43,117 nucleotides of DNA from Candidatus Coatesbacteria bacterium (GTDB taxonomy: Bacteria; JAFGND01). Made by a program: the position numbers and the translations under genes. Below, in pieces: positions 8,651 through 18,626 of this stretch. Location of the stretch: the NCBI GenBank assembly GCA_016927185.1, contig JAFGND010000043.1, forward strand, positions 1-43,117, given 5' to 3'. Position 1 is the stretch's first letter. Every line of letters begins with the position of its first letter. The notes under the pieces were generated by a model that did not search any database, had not been told where the DNA came from, and worked only from the letters and a program-made list of their open reading frames with translations.

Positions 8651-10042
8651 ATGCGCATTTTGATAATGATTTTGGTGGGGTTTTCTCTAGTCTATGGAGA
8701 GCATTTCTGGACAAACTGGAGAGGGAATAACAGACAGGATGGATTATCTCCATGTATAGGACCAAGGGAACCTTATTTTATAAATAGTATTTCATTAAAA
8801 CCAGCTTGTGATAAATCAAATAATATGAAAAACGATTTTAAAAGACCAACCATATATCCTCCCCACGTCGCAGCAGTAATATCAGAAGATAGTACTTTAT
8901 ATGTTCGTTACTGTGATGATGGGAATTCTTATCTTCTATCAATAAAGAATGACCAGCTTCAATGGAGAGAGCAGTTTGGAGATCGTGAAGAGCAGAATAT
9001 CTGTATAGATGACGAAGGCATACTATATTTTCCATATGAGGATTATTACCTTGTAGCATATAATGCAAAGCAAAGATATATAATCTGGCAAAAAGGAGAA
9101 ACAAATAGAGGATCAGCTGTCTCAACCTTTGTAGATAAAGGTATAGTCTATCTTATAACTATAGATGAATATGTTTTAGCATACAACAGTAAAAGCGGAG
9201 AATTATTATGGAAAGAGGTGTTAAAATATCCCGTTTATATATCTGCTTATGGAGATAATGGAAGCTTATATTATGAAAGTTCAAATTGTCTGGTTGAATT
9301 TCGTTCAAATAAGACATACAGAACATTACCTGCAGTACATTCATCATTGCCCTCAATAGCAAAAGATGGGACATTATATAGTGTTTTTGATAAGAAGCTA
9401 TATGCAATAACACCAGATATGAATATAAAATGGTCATCAGCAGCAATGGAAGATACAACAGAAGATTTCAATCCTTGTGCAATAGATAATGCAGGTAATA
9501 TTATTTGCTCTTCTTATCAGTTAGGTAATATATATAAATTTGCTTCTAACGGCAGTTTTCTTTGGAAAGTAACAGTAGAAAATTATCCAAATTTGGTAAC
9601 AATAGATGATGAAGATAAGATTTTTTTTGGTAATTTTTTAAATTTATATTGCCTTAAACCTGACGGTTCAAAGATGTATAGTATTAATACAGATGATCTT
9701 ACCTTCTATGCAATTCCAGGACCTGCAAGAAGGTTATATATCTTCTGTTATAATGATGATAATAACAATGACTATGTATTAATTTATGGTGGAAAAGAAG
9801 GATTTAAAGAAAGAAAAGAAACAGCGAAACAAATACCAGCAAAGATTGATATATATCCCAATCCCTTCAAAGACAAGCTAACAGTAAACAGTACTTCAGA
9901 AGGAGCTATCTATAACATAGTTGGGCAATCCATACAATCATTCAATAAAGGCAAGCAAGTCCTTGATACCCAAAGCTGGGAGCAGGGAGTTTATATAATA
10001 AAATCTGGAAGTTCAACAAAGAGAATTATTAAAATCAGGTAG
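8651..10042 (+). CDS. Secreted PQQ-type beta-propeller protein with T9SS type A-like C-terminal sorting domain
   Basis: Signal peptide; G..LW blade motifs; YPNPF...IYNIVGQ...GVYIIK...KRIIKIR tail. Confidence 0.85.
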   Translation: MRILIMILVGFSLVYGEHFWTNWRGNNRQDGLSPCIGPREPYFINSISLKPACDKSNNMKNDFKRPTIYPPHVAAVISEDSTLYVRYCDDGNSYLLSIKNDQLQWREQFGDREEQNICIDDEGILYFPYEDYYLVAYNAKQRYIIWQKGETNRGSAVSTFVDKGIVYLITIDEYVLAYNSKSGELLWKEVLKYPVYISAYGDNGSLYYESSNCLVEFRSNKTYRTLPAVHSSLPSIAKDGTLYSVFDKKLYAITPDMNIKWSSAAMEDTTEDFNPCAIDNAGNIICSSYQLGNIYKFASNGSFLWKVTVENYPNLVTIDDEDKIFFGNFLNLYCLKPDGSKMYSINTDDLTFYAIPGPARRLYIFCYNDDNNNDYVLIYGGKEGFKERKETAKQIPAKIDIYPNPFKDKLTVNSTSEGAIYNIVGQSIQSFNKGKQVLDTQSWEQGVYIIKSGSSTKRIIKIR

Positions 10043-10050
10043 GGGGAGTT

Positions 10051-12939
10051 ATGAAAAAGGAATACTTAATAATTGGAGTAATTATTCTATTATCCTTTAT
10101 TTCTTTATATGCAGATCTTGTAACTATTGGAACTCAACCTTTTTTTCATTTTGTTAACTGGGACGATTTATCCTACAGACAAAATTTTAATAATACAAGA
10201 GCTTATCTTTATAATAATCTAGGTATAAGATGGGCAAGAATTCAAATTTCCTGGAAATATGCTTATTTCTATCCTCAGTATATGTACAAAAGAGACCAAC
10301 AAGGTCTTTGGGGAAATGTTGATCATGGAATAAGATTAATGATGCATACAACATTAGCTCCTTTTGCTAGAAAAGTTAGTACTTCAGGAGGTATTATAAT
10401 AAGCCTTGTCCCTGGAGCTCCATATCCGCCAATGAAAAATAAGGGTGATTGGTATCAATGGGATAACGAGAATAATAAGGATTTCGCTTTTTATAAAAAC
10501 CTAGGAGGTCAAGGAGTTGGACTTTTATTAGCTGATATAATGCATAGAAAAGAAAGAATATGGGCTAATACTTCTTATCCAGATTATAAAAAAATAAGAG
10601 AAAAAGAAACAGATCCGTTTTTTGAACCTCATTGGCTTCCAGCAGAAGGAGCATTAAGTATGGGTTCCTCAGGGAATCCAGACGTTCCAGATGAATATAC
10701 ATGGGAGTACTTTTGCATGAAATTCGCAGAGATAGCAGCTGAGAGTCTTGAGATTCATGGAACAAAAGTTCACTTTGAGATAATGAACGAACCATTTAAT
10801 AATGTATGGTTTTGTAGAGGTAAGGATGATGGTAGCACAGAGAATAAGAGATTAACAGCGGATGAAAGCTATGTTGAAAAAGTCTTATATTATGGAACAA
10901 GAGGGATTAAAAGAAAATGGTGTACAGGTCCAGGTGAATTAGATTATAAAGCAATTCCTCTCAACAAATATATCATTTTTTGCTGTTTAAATCCAATGGA
11001 ACCACCAAATTATACTTGGGCGTCGAGTCAATCTCAGGATAAAAAAGATGCAGGGAATGGATGGAATAGTGCAGTTTTAGATAAACTATGGACACAATAT
11101 ACTAGGGGATCAACAAAAGAACCTGCAAACATATATTGTAATGCATTTTCATTTCATCCATATCATTTCGCAGATCCGTATGAAAAGTGGTCATGGCCAT
11201 CTGATAAAACCACTTTTCTTGAAAAAATAGAAAGAATAAATAATGTATTAGATCAAGAAGCAATAAGTAGTAGTATTCCTCTTTTTATTACTGAATATGG
11301 CTACCATGGTGTAGTAAGAGCAGATGTGATGGATCAATTTGGTTCTAAAAAAGAACTAGGCTATTGGTTATCAGCGTACTCAGAAGGAAGTTATGAAAAC
11401 AAGATGTTTCATTATACAGGAGATCCTTCTAAGGGTGGTTGGACTGAATTTGTTCAGGTAGAGCAAGATAAATTTAACTTCAATCAAAAATGGAGTAACA
11501 ATAAAAATGCATTTGCATGGGAAAGCAATTTCAGGAATAATGATGGTACTGGTGTAACATATCATACAGATAAATATTTTTCTTTCAGGCAAGAACAAGA
11601 TAATTTTGATGGAGGTGGAGCAGACTTTGAAAGTTATTCCTTGCCTAGAGGCTGGTTTGGAGATGCTTTATGGATTCAATGTAATTATGTAAAACCTATA
11701 ATGTTTTCTGATCCTTTTGAAAATGAGATAAGATGTGCCAGATTTTTTACTAATGCTATAAATATAGTAATTGAATGGAATAGAACCCATTATAGACAAA
11801 TAAGAGGTTTTTTTACCTGGCAAAACGCTGGTTCTTGTCACTATAATGCTTGGAAAGACGATCATTGGGCATATTGTGGACATTTTCATTCTGGAGATCT
11901 TTATAGCGATGATACAAAATTCAACGGAACAAGTAGCATAGAGGTGGATTATAAAATAGGTCCTGCAAAATTAGAAGCTTTTGCTTTAGCAGCATTTAAA
12001 CAAATTATTTTAGATGAATATTGGAATCCTACTTTTGCTAAATATAACTCTAAGATAAAGAATTCAACTAAAGTTAAAATCAGTGACTTAAACAATAATC
12101 TTAAATCAAATGAAATAAAGAGTAAAACAACAAATGTAGGAGGAACGGTAGAAGAATGGGGAGTTTGGAGAAGCGGTAGATATAACTATACTAGCAATCA
12201 AGTAGCATGTATAATTTTACCTATAACTCATTTAAGTGAATGGAGTAGTATAACAATAAATAGATATAAGACAAAAATTGTTGAAAGTGAACAGAATTCA
12301 TATTTTGATACTTCTTCAAAATGGGATAATCTTCTAAAATATATTCCCTATGATTGTCCTCATAATGTTTCTGTTTTTTTTGGTTATCCAAATGTTTATC
12401 CCGATTTTCCAGTTCCTGATGATAGATGGTATTACATTGGAGATCTTGTGAATGGAGATCTTGGAGAAGAGCATAAATTTTATCCGGATGACTTCCATAT
12501 AGATGATTATGATTATAGATGCATATGGTTGGTAGAAAACACAAATAACTGGAAGTATCCAGGTGTTTCAGATCCCTATCCAGATGATTTTATTTGGGGC
12601 AATTTTTGTATTAAATGGGAGCAAACCTTACAAACAAATAAAACAGCGAAAAGAGTCCCAATACAACCTAAAATTGAAATTTCACCTAACCCATTTTCAA
12701 GTTCTTTAAAGATTTCTTATAGAGTAACTGGTAATGGAAAACCAAATGTCCAGATAGTTCTATATGATCTAACAGGAAAAAGAATCAAGGAATTAGTAAA
12801 TGAGAAGAAGAAACAAGGGATGTATAGATTTAATAAAGATCTTAGTTATTTAAATAATGGGGTCTATTTCTGTAGATATGTGCTAGATGGAAAAGTTATA
12901 TCAGTTCAAAAACTTCTGCATTTAACCAAATCCAAGTAG
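10051..12939 (+). CDS. Secreted clan GH-A glycoside hydrolase-like protein (GH5/GH39-like) with T9SS/FlgD-like C-terminal domain
   Basis: Signal peptide; LGIRWARI, EIMNEP (acid/base), SFHPY, FITEYGY (nucleophile); SPNPF...LYDLTGK...GVYFCR tail. Confidence 0.75.
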   Translation: MKKEYLIIGVIILLSFISLYADLVTIGTQPFFHFVNWDDLSYRQNFNNTRAYLYNNLGIRWARIQISWKYAYFYPQYMYKRDQQGLWGNVDHGIRLMMHTTLAPFARKVSTSGGIIISLVPGAPYPPMKNKGDWYQWDNENNKDFAFYKNLGGQGVGLLLADIMHRKERIWANTSYPDYKKIREKETDPFFEPHWLPAEGALSMGSSGNPDVPDEYTWEYFCMKFAEIAAESLEIHGTKVHFEIMNEPFNNVWFCRGKDDGSTENKRLTADESYVEKVLYYGTRGIKRKWCTGPGELDYKAIPLNKYIIFCCLNPMEPPNYTWASSQSQDKKDAGNGWNSAVLDKLWTQYTRGSTKEPANIYCNAFSFHPYHFADPYEKWSWPSDKTTFLEKIERINNVLDQEAISSSIPLFITEYGYHGVVRADVMDQFGSKKELGYWLSAYSEGSYENKMFHYTGDPSKGGWTEFVQVEQDKFNFNQKWSNNKNAFAWESNFRNNDGTGVTYHTDKYFSFRQEQDNFDGGGADFESYSLPRGWFGDALWIQCNYVKPIMFSDPFENEIRCARFFTNAINIVIEWNRTHYRQIRGFFTWQNAGSCHYNAWKDDHWAYCGHFHSGDLYSDDTKFNGTSSIEVDYKIGPAKLEAFALAAFKQIILDEYWNPTFAKYNSKIKNSTKVKISDLNNNLKSNEIKSKTTNVGGTVEEWGVWRSGRYNYTSNQVACIILPITHLSEWSSITINRYKTKIVESEQNSYFDTSSKWDNLLKYIPYDCPHNVSVFFGYPNVYPDFPVPDDRWYYIGDLVNGDLGEEHKFYPDDFHIDDYDYRCIWLVENTNNWKYPGVSDPYPDDFIWGNFCIKWEQTLQTNKTAKRVPIQPKIEISPNPFSSSLKISYRVTGNGKPNVQIVLYDLTGKRIKELVNEKKKQGMYRFNKDLSYLNNGVYFCRYVLDGKVISVQKLLHLTKSK

Positions 12940-12950
12940 AGGAGATAAAA

Positions 12951-14057
12951 ATGAAAAAAACAATAACTATAATGATATGCTTTTCAATAGCTTCTTTGTT
13001 TATGACTCTTTCTTGTATGGATGAAAACGAAATTCCTGAATATAATTCTGGAATAGGAGATCAGACAGGTTATCCGGCACCCGTTTGGGAGGTATATTTG
13101 GGGAGTTACAGTGAACCATGTAATGTTTGGTGTGTTGATGTGAATAATGAATACTTTCTTGCTTCTGGAAATAATGCTGTAAGACATTGGTTTATTGGCT
13201 TTTATCCCCAACTTAAACGTACAACTGGTGGTTTAAGCGGTGATGTCCTTTCTGCAGCATTTGTATATCCTAATCAACAATATCCAATTTTAGTTGGTCA
13301 AGAAGATGGATATCTTCTTAGATTTAGATGGATACCGATAATGGGTGGAGAGAAACGTGATACATTGAATATTAAGAAAACTGGCGAAATACCAATTCAT
13401 GCGATAGACGTTAGTAATAGTGATCCTCAAAAGTGCCTAATAGCTAGGTATGATACTGTTGAGTATTGGCAGACAGTATTGCCAAAGGAATTTGAAAAAT
13501 TGAAGACTTATACAATAGAACAAGGAGTAGAAAGCAATACATACATCTGGTCTATAGATTTTTGCTCTGGTGATCAATATTTTATAACAGGAGGTTTTGA
13601 TAAAAATGTTTATAAATGGAACATTTCTGTACAGTATTCTCTTTTTCATTTCGAGGATCATTCTTTAGAAGGACTCCATCCCCCAAGTCACAAAGATAGA
13701 GTTCGAAGTGTAAAAGTAGCATCAAATAGCAGCTTTGTTCTTTCAGGAGGAAATGATGGAAAACTGAAAAAGTGGGATTTAAACGGAAATCTAATATGTA
13801 CTTTTAATGGACATAGTGATAGACCTTATGGATTTATTTCTTCTATAACTATAACAGATGACAATTGTACAGCTGTAACAGGTGGTGATGACGGAGAAAT
13901 AAGAGTTTGGGATGTTCAGAATAATAATGCATTTGCAATAGCCGGTTTTCATGTTGGTGGAGTACATTCTGTAGCCATTTTAAAAGGAGCTAGTGGCACT
14001 AATTATATATTGTCATCTGGTGCAGATGGGAAAGTAAAATGCTGGAATATACCTTAA
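12951..14057 (+). CDS. WD40-repeat lipoprotein
   Basis: Lipobox LSC; repeated SGG.DG..K.WD / GH motifs. Confidence 0.85.
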   Translation: MKKTITIMICFSIASLFMTLSCMDENEIPEYNSGIGDQTGYPAPVWEVYLGSYSEPCNVWCVDVNNEYFLASGNNAVRHWFIGFYPQLKRTTGGLSGDVLSAAFVYPNQQYPILVGQEDGYLLRFRWIPIMGGEKRDTLNIKKTGEIPIHAIDVSNSDPQKCLIARYDTVEYWQTVLPKEFEKLKTYTIEQGVESNTYIWSIDFCSGDQYFITGGFDKNVYKWNISVQYSLFHFEDHSLEGLHPPSHKDRVRSVKVASNSSFVLSGGNDGKLKKWDLNGNLICTFNGHSDRPYGFISSITITDDNCTAVTGGDDGEIRVWDVQNNNAFAIAGFHVGGVHSVAILKGASGTNYILSSGADGKVKCWNIP

Positions 14058-14071
14058 TAAGGAGAAAGATA

Positions 14072-15394
14072 ATGAGAATTATATTATTTATCATATTCCT
14101 CTTTTCCTTTTCAACCTTGCACGGTGCAGGAGAACTGATCTGGAAATCGGAGAGGATACTGAAAAAGGAAAATAATGGATACAGAATCCAGACTTCTCCT
14201 GTAATAGGTTATAATGGATCAGAAAAGCTTCTTTTTGTTTTCTCTAATACTACAGAAGGATATGGAGATACAGGATTATTATGCTTTGATCCGTTAACAG
14301 GAGATCTTAAATGGCTATATAATCTTTATCCTAACATAGATGCTAATCCAGTTTATGATGATGGAATTATATATGCTCCAGGACGTGATTTTTTTTACGC
14401 AATATATTCCAGTAATCATACTTTGAAATGGGAGTATGATTCTCCATATGAATCTTATACTCCTTTAATTCACAGTAATAGCATATTTGCAAGTCTTTCA
14501 CTTTTAGTATCTCTGAATAAAGAATCTGGTGGAAAAAACTGGCAGTCTATAGTTGATTCTTACTATCAACCTTTATTTCTTGAGAATTTTCTATTTGTTG
14601 TTGATTATTATCATTGGCTTACTGCAGTAAATGCAGCAAATGGAGACACATTATGGTGGGGATATTCTAAATTAGTCAGAACAGAGCTTGCACCGATCTT
14701 GTGGAATAATTATATCTATATCAGTGAAGCTAGTAATTATAACGGTTGTTCAAAAATAAATCCAAAAGATGGAAAGAGGATATGGAATTATCATGTAGAT
14801 AATATCAGAACTTCACCATATATTTTGAATGAGAAGATTTATTTTGGAGATGTAGACGGCTATTTATATTGCCTTGATGCCAATGATGGCTCTTTCAAGT
14901 GGAAGGCAGCGGTAGGAGATACTGTAGCATCTACAATAACATCTGCATATGATCCAGTAACCCAAAAGGATGTTCTTTATTTTGGAAGCAATCTTGATTA
15001 TCTTCATGCAAGAGATGCAGCAGATGGCAAGCATTTATGGGTTTACAAGACAGGAGGAAATATACGTTCAACTCCTTGCGTATCAGACAGTATAATTTAT
15101 TTCACAAGTGATGACGGTTATCTCTATGCAGTGAATATTGGTTTCAAGGATGGCTTCAATAAAAAGCAATCCTCCCATCACCTTCCATCCCCCTCCCTTT
15201 CCTCATATCCCAATCCATTCAGGGACAGACTGATTATAGAAACATCTGACAAGGCAAGGATATACTCTATCACCGGGCAATTTATCATGAAAGTAGAGAA
15301 AGGCAAGCACTCTATTGATACTAGCAGCTGGAAACAGGGAGTATATATAGTGAAGAGCGGTACAGAAACCAAGCGCATTGTAAAAATCAACTAG
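14072..15394 (+). CDS. Secreted PQQ-type beta-propeller protein with T9SS type A-like C-terminal domain
   Basis: ATG 14072 after SD AAGGAG gives a signal peptide; IYFG..DGYLY.LDA.DG..KW repeats; YPNPF tail. Confidence 0.88.
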   Translation: MRIILFIIFLFSFSTLHGAGELIWKSERILKKENNGYRIQTSPVIGYNGSEKLLFVFSNTTEGYGDTGLLCFDPLTGDLKWLYNLYPNIDANPVYDDGIIYAPGRDFFYAIYSSNHTLKWEYDSPYESYTPLIHSNSIFASLSLLVSLNKESGGKNWQSIVDSYYQPLFLENFLFVVDYYHWLTAVNAANGDTLWWGYSKLVRTELAPILWNNYIYISEASNYNGCSKINPKDGKRIWNYHVDNIRTSPYILNEKIYFGDVDGYLYCLDANDGSFKWKAAVGDTVASTITSAYDPVTQKDVLYFGSNLDYLHARDAADGKHLWVYKTGGNIRSTPCVSDSIIYFTSDDGYLYAVNIGFKDGFNKKQSSHHLPSPSLSSYPNPFRDRLIIETSDKARIYSITGQFIMKVEKGKHSIDTSSWKQGVYIVKSGTETKRIVKIN

Positions 15395-15498
15395 CTCAGA
15401 ACTACCTTTCTTGTTTTATTATATAGAGCTTGTGGAAACCCATGAGCTCTTTTGTTTCACAAATCATCTCTCCACGCTATTTTTCTTCAGAAAAGACC

Positions 15499-15526
15499 TT
15501 GACAAATTCACTTAATCAATTACATT
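15499..15526 (+). promoter_or_regulatory. Sigma70-like promoter for ORF 15552
   Basis: TTGACA-16 nt-TACATT, 25 nt upstream of the ATG. Confidence 0.45.
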
Positions 15527-15551
15527 GCAAAAGAATAGGTAAGGTGGAGAA

Positions 15552-16628
15552 ATGGAAAAATCAAGAAAATACTCTATATGCTTTTTTCAGGAAAAGGTAT
15601 TTCATGACATTGGCAAGAAAGCATTGTTGATTTATCTAGGGCTGCAATCATTAGCGGATTGCTGGGGGATGGTAACTAATGATGTTTTTCTAATAAAGAA
15701 CTTGCTGTCTGGGATGTTTGATGCTGAAGAGATAGAAGAAGCAATTGATATAATGGAGAGATCAGGTTTGCTGGAAAAAGTAAATAATCAGGATTGTTAT
15801 TTTCTGAAGAATTTTCATAAGCATCAGAGACCAATAATATACTTCGAGAAACTTCCTGATTTCATCCCCACCTATGAGATTCTCCATTCTGCAAGAATTG
15901 CAGTTTCTAAAATTAAAGGAATGGAGTCATACAATAGTGCTATTGAATTTTTCTGCAAACTTGGTTATATTGATGATGATCAAATAGATAGGCTAAAATT
16001 CCCGGGGAATTCACCGGGAATTACCGGGGAATTCCTCCTAGGAAAGGATGAGGTCCTAGAAATAAATAAGGAAGGTAAGGAACCTAGTGCATCCTTAGCT
16101 TCCGATCCAGTTCCTGATAATTATTCTGATCCTGAAATATTGAAAGAAGCGGAACAGTTCATGAGGTTCTGGAGAGATCTGAATTTAACTGGGGAAGCAA
16201 ATTTAATAGATATTGCAAAACTAATTAAGCAAGACAAATGGAAGGATTGGAAAAAGATTCTGCCAGTTATTTCAAGACATAGGTGTTTCAGAACCAAGAC
16301 CAATCCTGTGACATTGATTCAATTAATTAACAGCCAGAAAACCAATGATCTCGCAATCCAGATCTACAAAGAAAACAGACCAGCAAAACCTTCAGCAAAA
16401 GAAAGAAAGATTTATGTTTTCGTGAAAGAACTTAAAAGTTATGTTCCAGTCTCGCGTGAAGCATTCAAAAGGCTAGGCATAGAAGATATAGAAGTAAGCC
16501 TTGAAGTACTGAGAGAGAAAGTACCGGAACTTAATTTAAATCTGGAGCCCCAAAAAATAATAGTACCAGTGAAGGGTATGAGAAGTATAGGAGAAATCAT
16601 AGAAGAGAAGATTAACAAAGATCTATGA
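15552..16628 (+). CDS. Phage-type replication initiator-like protein
   Basis: N-terminal ALLIYLGL..LADCWG...IK and NFHKHQ resemble phage replisome-organiser N-domains; GC-rich tandem repeats in mid-gene. Confidence 0.6.
   Translation: MEKSRKYSICFFQEKVFHDIGKKALLIYLGLQSLADCWGMVTNDVFLIKNLLSGMFDAEEIEEAIDIMERSGLLEKVNNQDCYFLKNFHKHQRPIIYFEKLPDFIPTYEILHSARIAVSKIKGMESYNSAIEFFCKLGYIDDDQIDRLKFPGNSPGITGEFLLGKDEVLEINKEGKEPSASLASDPVPDNYSDPEILKEAEQFMRFWRDLNLTGEANLIDIAKLIKQDKWKDWKKILPVISRHRCFRTKTNPVTLIQLINSQKTNDLAIQIYKENRPAKPSAKERKIYVFVKELKSYVPVSREAFKRLGIEDIEVSLEVLREKVPELNLNLEPQKIIVPVKGMRSIGEIIEEKINKDL
15997..16034. repeat. Three tandem iteron-like CCGG(G)GAATT repeats
   Basis: AATTCCCGGGGAATTCACCGGGAATTACCGGGGAATTC read directly. 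Confidence 0.75.
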
Positions 16629-16994
16629 GTTTCTAAGTAAAATTTCCAAAAAGATTATTGTATCCGTAGCGTGTCATCAGAAATTAACCTCTTTTGCGAG
16701 GTCTGAGATCTTGGGAAAGATTTAGCGAATTAATTAGTTAGCAGATTAGCATTAAAAAAATACTGTAAATACCTTAATTTTAAAGAGAATTGACCAAATC
16801 ATTATCTAGAAACATCCCACTTCTAATCAACCAGAAATGCCTTAAAAATCGATTGTTCCTGAAGATGGTAAACTAATAAGGGGATAGTACTTATCGTTTA
16901 AAATTGAGGCATTTGTGAGGGGAAGATTGAGACAAGATTATGGGAAGAAGGTTGTAATGATTTGTGGAGGGAAAATATTTCTGATATTTTGCCC

Positions 16995-17022
16995 TTGACT
17001 TCTTTGGAAAAGGTGTTATATG
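16995..17022 (+). promoter_or_regulatory. Sigma70-like promoter upstream of ADP-ribosylglycohydrolase
   Basis: TTGACT-16 nt-TATATG with extended TG; a second TATAAT at 17035-17040. Confidence 0.4.
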
Positions 17023-17086
17023 AAAGAATAAGTTTATAATGAAGTACTGATAATGCAGTGTTGATAATAAATTAAGGAGGGATCAA

Positions 17087-18007
17087 ATGGAAAAAAACCA
17101 AATAGTTAATGGAATCTGGGGAGTTGTTGTAGGGGATGCGTTGGGACTTTCAGCTCAAGCACGTGGGAAGAAGCATCTTAAAGAGAACCAGATAGAAGGA
17201 CTTATCACTTATGGTCCTGAAGGAAGGTATCGTGGTGGCTGGTCAGACGATAGTTCCATGACATTGTGCCTTACAGAAAGTCTTGGTAACGGTTATGATG
17301 TAGAAGACATAGCTCGTAGATTCAAACTCTGGTTCTTTAAGGGTTATATGACGCCGTATGGAGAAGCATTTGATAAAGGGCATTCGACAATAAGAGCTCT
17401 TCGAAAACTGAACAAAGGTGTTTCGCCATTATTGTCAGGTGGAAGCAAGGAAAATGATAATGGAAATGGAAGTCTTATGAGAACATTACCATTAATATTC
17501 TTTACAAACGATATGGACACAGAAAAGACATTAAAAATAGTTCATGAAGTTTCAGCAATAACGCATGCTCATGAAAGAACCATGATTGCATGTGGTATAT
17601 ATGTGTTCATTGGCAAATACCTTATAGAAGAGACTAGCAAGGAAGAGGCATTAAAGAAAGGTATTGAAGATGCGAAAGAGTTTTATAAAGACAGTACTGA
17701 GCTTAAGCATTTTGAGAGGATTTTAAATGGTAATATTTCTGAAGTCCCAAAGACCAGGATAAAAACAGGTGGTTATTCAGTTACTTCCCTGGAAGCATCT
17801 CTCTGGGCTTTTATGACAGGAAGCTCTTACAGGGAATGTACATTGAATGCAGTAAATCTTGGAGGGGATGCTGACAGTATTGGTGCAATTACTGGTGGAC
17901 TGGCAGGATTGTTTTACCAGGATGTTCCAGATGAATGGATAGATGATATAATAAAAAAGGAGATGATAGAAAATTTGATCCAGAGGTTTGTAGAAAAAAT
18001 AGTTTAG
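17087..18007 (+). CDS. ADP-ribosylglycohydrolase family protein (DraG/ARH-like)
   Basis: GDALG, WSDD, GNGSLMR, ITH and GGDADSIGAITGGLAG motifs; SD AAGGAGG. Confidence 0.95.
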   Translation: MEKNQIVNGIWGVVVGDALGLSAQARGKKHLKENQIEGLITYGPEGRYRGGWSDDSSMTLCLTESLGNGYDVEDIARRFKLWFFKGYMTPYGEAFDKGHSTIRALRKLNKGVSPLLSGGSKENDNGNGSLMRTLPLIFFTNDMDTEKTLKIVHEVSAITHAHERTMIACGIYVFIGKYLIEETSKEEALKKGIEDAKEFYKDSTELKHFERILNGNISEVPKTRIKTGGYSVTSLEASLWAFMTGSSYRECTLNAVNLGGDADSIGAITGGLAGLFYQDVPDEWIDDIIKKEMIENLIQRFVEKIV

Positions 18008-18011
18008 CAAC

Positions 18012-18043
18012 TAATTCAACTAAAGGACACTTTTGTTGAATTA
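18012..18043. repeat. 32-bp imperfect palindrome upstream of the tyrosine recombinase
   Basis: TAATTCAAC-T-AAAG-GACA-CTTT-T-GTTGAATTA. Confidence 0.65.
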
Positions 18044-18059
18044 TAGGAAAGGAGATAAA

Positions 18060-18602
18060 ATGAGAACCAGAGCCTTGAGGAATATTGTAAAAACCATTGA
18101 AGCAATTAATGAGCACAGACACAAGAAAAGAAATACGCTTTTAGTACTGTTGGGAATTTATACTGGGCTGAGAATTAGTGAACTTCTGAATCTGGATATT
18201 GAGGACATAAAGATAAATGGGAAAATTAGTGACGCAATAGTATTCAGGGGCAAAGGCAGGAAAACAAGACAGGTACCTCTTTCAAGAAGAATTCAAGTTC
18301 TGCTGGAAGACTATCTTAAAAATTATGAGGTTGGACCATTATTTGTAAGCCAGATGGGAAAGAGAATGAGCAGGTTCCAGGCATATGTGATAATGAGAAA
18401 CATCGCCATGAAGACATCCCAGACTAATGTTGCAACACATTCATTGAGAAAGACATTTGCCCAGTCCTTGTTAGATGCAGGTGTTGATGTTGAGACAATG
18501 AGAGTTCTGCTGGGGCACAGTTCAATTTCAGTGACACAAAGATATATTGAGACAGATGAGAGCAAGATGTTTGCTGCAGTGGGAAGACTGAGTTTTGGCT
18601 AG
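18060..18602 (+). CDS. Tyrosine recombinase, catalytic domain only (resolvase/invertase-like)
   Basis: TGLRISE, GKGRK, HSLRK, LGH, TQRY catalytic set intact; ATG 18060 follows SD AAGGAG. Confidence 0.92.
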   Translation: MRTRALRNIVKTIEAINEHRHKKRNTLLVLLGIYTGLRISELLNLDIEDIKINGKISDAIVFRGKGRKTRQVPLSRRIQVLLEDYLKNYEVGPLFVSQMGKRMSRFQAYVIMRNIAMKTSQTNVATHSLRKTFAQSLLDAGVDVETMRVLLGHSSISVTQRYIETDESKMFAAVGRLSFG

Positions 18603-18626
18603 GAAAAATACTTTATCGCAGAAAAG

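Noticed and set aside
4754-8765. Minus-strand ORFs 4754, 5280, 7891, 8342 and 8553
   Set aside because: Compositions explained by strand skew, overlap with real genes or hairpins, and no motifs
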